A DNA stretch of 63,109 nucleotides, filler included, from Octopus bimaculoides (Eukaryota), in NCBI RefSeq assembly GCF_001194135.2. It is 6 parts of 5 records of this genome, joined end to end, with 100 filler letters (N's around TTAATTAATTAA, not from the genome) between each part and the next. Parts side by side here need not be neighbours in the genome. Positions count along the whole stretch, not along the records: positions 54,964 to 61,926 come from NC_069006.1; positions 62,027 to 63,109 come from NC_068996.1; 4 more parts are not named here. The stretch is one strand, 5' to 3'. A program made the translations under genes and the position numbers. Below the pieces are notes generated by a model, which had not been told where the DNA came from, made no database searches, and saw nothing but the letters and a program-made list of their open reading frames with translations. Of the stretch, positions 61,448-63,109 are shown one piece after another. Position 1 is the first letter of the stretch, and each line of letters starts with the position of its first letter.

Positions 61448-61735
61448 TTTTTTTTTGCATGATGTAATCGGTGTAGTCATAAAAAAACATGTTTGAAACA
61501 GCTGTAGTGAAGCTCAACCCATTTGTGTTTTTCCTGAATGAAAACACTACATCTGTATACTTATATAAATGTGTATATTAATTTGTTCACATGCGTGTAT
61601 ATGTAACTGTTAGGTCATGTCTGTATATACATTGATATAGGTGTGTGTGTGTCTGTATACAATGTATACACGGATATGCTAATCCTGATTCTGACTTGGT
61701 GGTGTCCTTATAATTAAAATACCTTGATTCAAATG

Positions 61736-61782
<47 letters not shown>

Positions 61783-62026
61783 TATACACGTACATATATA
61801 ACAAGGGCAGTAAGAAGCACCAGCTTTGCTAAAAATAGGAGTAAAAAATACTCCAAAGCCACAAGAATTAGATGCAGTGTAGTTTAAACTTCATTCGTTG
61901 GGTTTTTTTTTAAAGGGAGAATTTCANNNNNNNNNNNNNNNNNNNNNNNNNNNNNNNNNNNNNNNNNNNNTTAATTAATTAANNNNNNNNNNNNNNNNNN
62001 NNNNNNNNNNNNNNNNNNNNNNNNNN

Positions 62027-62365
62027 CTAAGGCCCTTTGATTCCAAGTTTTGCTTCTAAACCCGAAACTTCTTCTCCAATTCTGTCTCAGAGTCTGCAAT
62101 AAGAGCAAGATCATCAGCATGTAATTGTTCCCATGGGCATCCAGTTTAGAACTCATCTGTTATGGCCTGGAGAACTATGATGAATAAGAGTGGACTAAGA
62201 ACTGATCCCTGCTGTACTCCAACTTGTACATGAAATTCACATACTACTACACCAGTCCTTAGGTATGGGGCCTTCCTGAATAACCTGATGAACTATACAG
62301 GTGACTAGGCTGTATCGCACACCACCTGATATTTCAATCATCTCAACAGTGATACCTAATGGTCC
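62027..62365 (-). mobile_element. RTE LINE RT fragments
   Basis: PGPLGITVEMIEISG...QVIQEGPIPKDWCSS joined to QQGSVLSPLLFIIVLQAI...GCPWEQLHADDLALIA. Confidence 0.82.
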
Positions 62366-62384
62366 AGGGGTTATATATATATAT

Positions 62385-62672
62385 ATATAATGGATTCTCC
62401 CATCGTTAGATGATATATAAGGGTTCAACAATGTTTTACCGAACAATCACACAGGGGATTTATTTATAGTGATCAAATGTTTGTGTAGACATAAGCTCAC
62501 TCCCTCCATCAGATCAACATTACCTGTACAGGTGCTACATGTCAGATGTCGAAATGATCGCAGAGCAACATGAAATGAAGTACTTTGCTCAAGAACACAA
62601 TACCTGGTCTGAGAATTGAACCCACAATCTCATTATCGTGAGTACAACACCTTAACCACTAAGCCATGCACC

Positions 62673-62678
<6 letters not shown>
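62385..62678 (-). mobile_element. SINE family G (tRNA head)
   Basis: Reverse-complement head GTGAAGGTGCATGGCTTAGTGGTTAAGG...GGTTCAATTCTC; tail shared with 6020-6115. Confidence 0.7.
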
Positions 62679-62716
<38 letters not shown>

Positions 62717-63109
62717 CATATATACACATATATATATATTTATAGATATATAGATATATATATTGGACTAATGGGCATATGTCAATTAGTGTGTTGAAGT
62801 GTTGAGTAGAGCACTGGCATAGTTTAGGCTACCTGGTGTCATTTGCAGTCAGGGTATGTTTCTGTTGGATCTACTTCAGGAACTTCGCAGTGTTATAATT
62901 ATCATTATATGTGTGTGTGTGTGTGCGTGCACACACACACACACACATATATAAAATTTAGATTCAGGTGAATATGGTACATAAGTTGAGACACCAGAAT
63001 TTAGTGTGGTATTATCCATACAATTTCAAAATAAGGTGATTAAAATCAAAATAAGCTACAAGGATATCTGGATATCCTTGTTGCTTATTTTGAGATATAT
63101 ATATATATA

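Overview
This is eukaryotic, repeat-rich draft-assembly sequence, about 10% N. It is inferred to be Octopus or another coleoid cephalopod from the KRAB-less single-exon C2H2 zinc-finger genes, the SINE/LINE repertoire and the dense microsatellites; this was not confirmed by any search. The first 16 kb hold a three-gene C2H2-ZNF cluster. ZNF-A (+, 15 fingers) is followed by about 14 decayed fingers, and ZNF-B (-, 14 fingers) is an inverted, convergent paralog of it. ZNF-C (+, at least 8 fingers, cut by a gap) is head-to-head with ZNF-B across a mirrored promoter region. The remainder is mostly tRNA-derived SINEs, RTE and Dong/R4 LINE relics, Penelope-like elements, MITEs (hAT, mariner, piggyBac, fold-back), microsatellites and five artificial six-frame-stop linkers. 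The most notable observations are: (1) a 2.4-kb head-to-head Penelope palindrome with an 11-nt loop and hammerhead-like motifs at both ends; (2) a near-identical 5' tract shared by the otherwise diverged ZNF-A and ZNF-B, suggesting gene conversion; (3) a conserved SIM-like leader (IELI) as the only non-finger motif in these ZNFs, whose start codon is ATA in ZNF-C in an ADAR-favoured context; (4) a possible unannotated spliced gene at 25.9-29.5 kb with an in-frame TGA. All identities were estimated by eye, and SINE family letters (A, C, E, F, G) are local labels.
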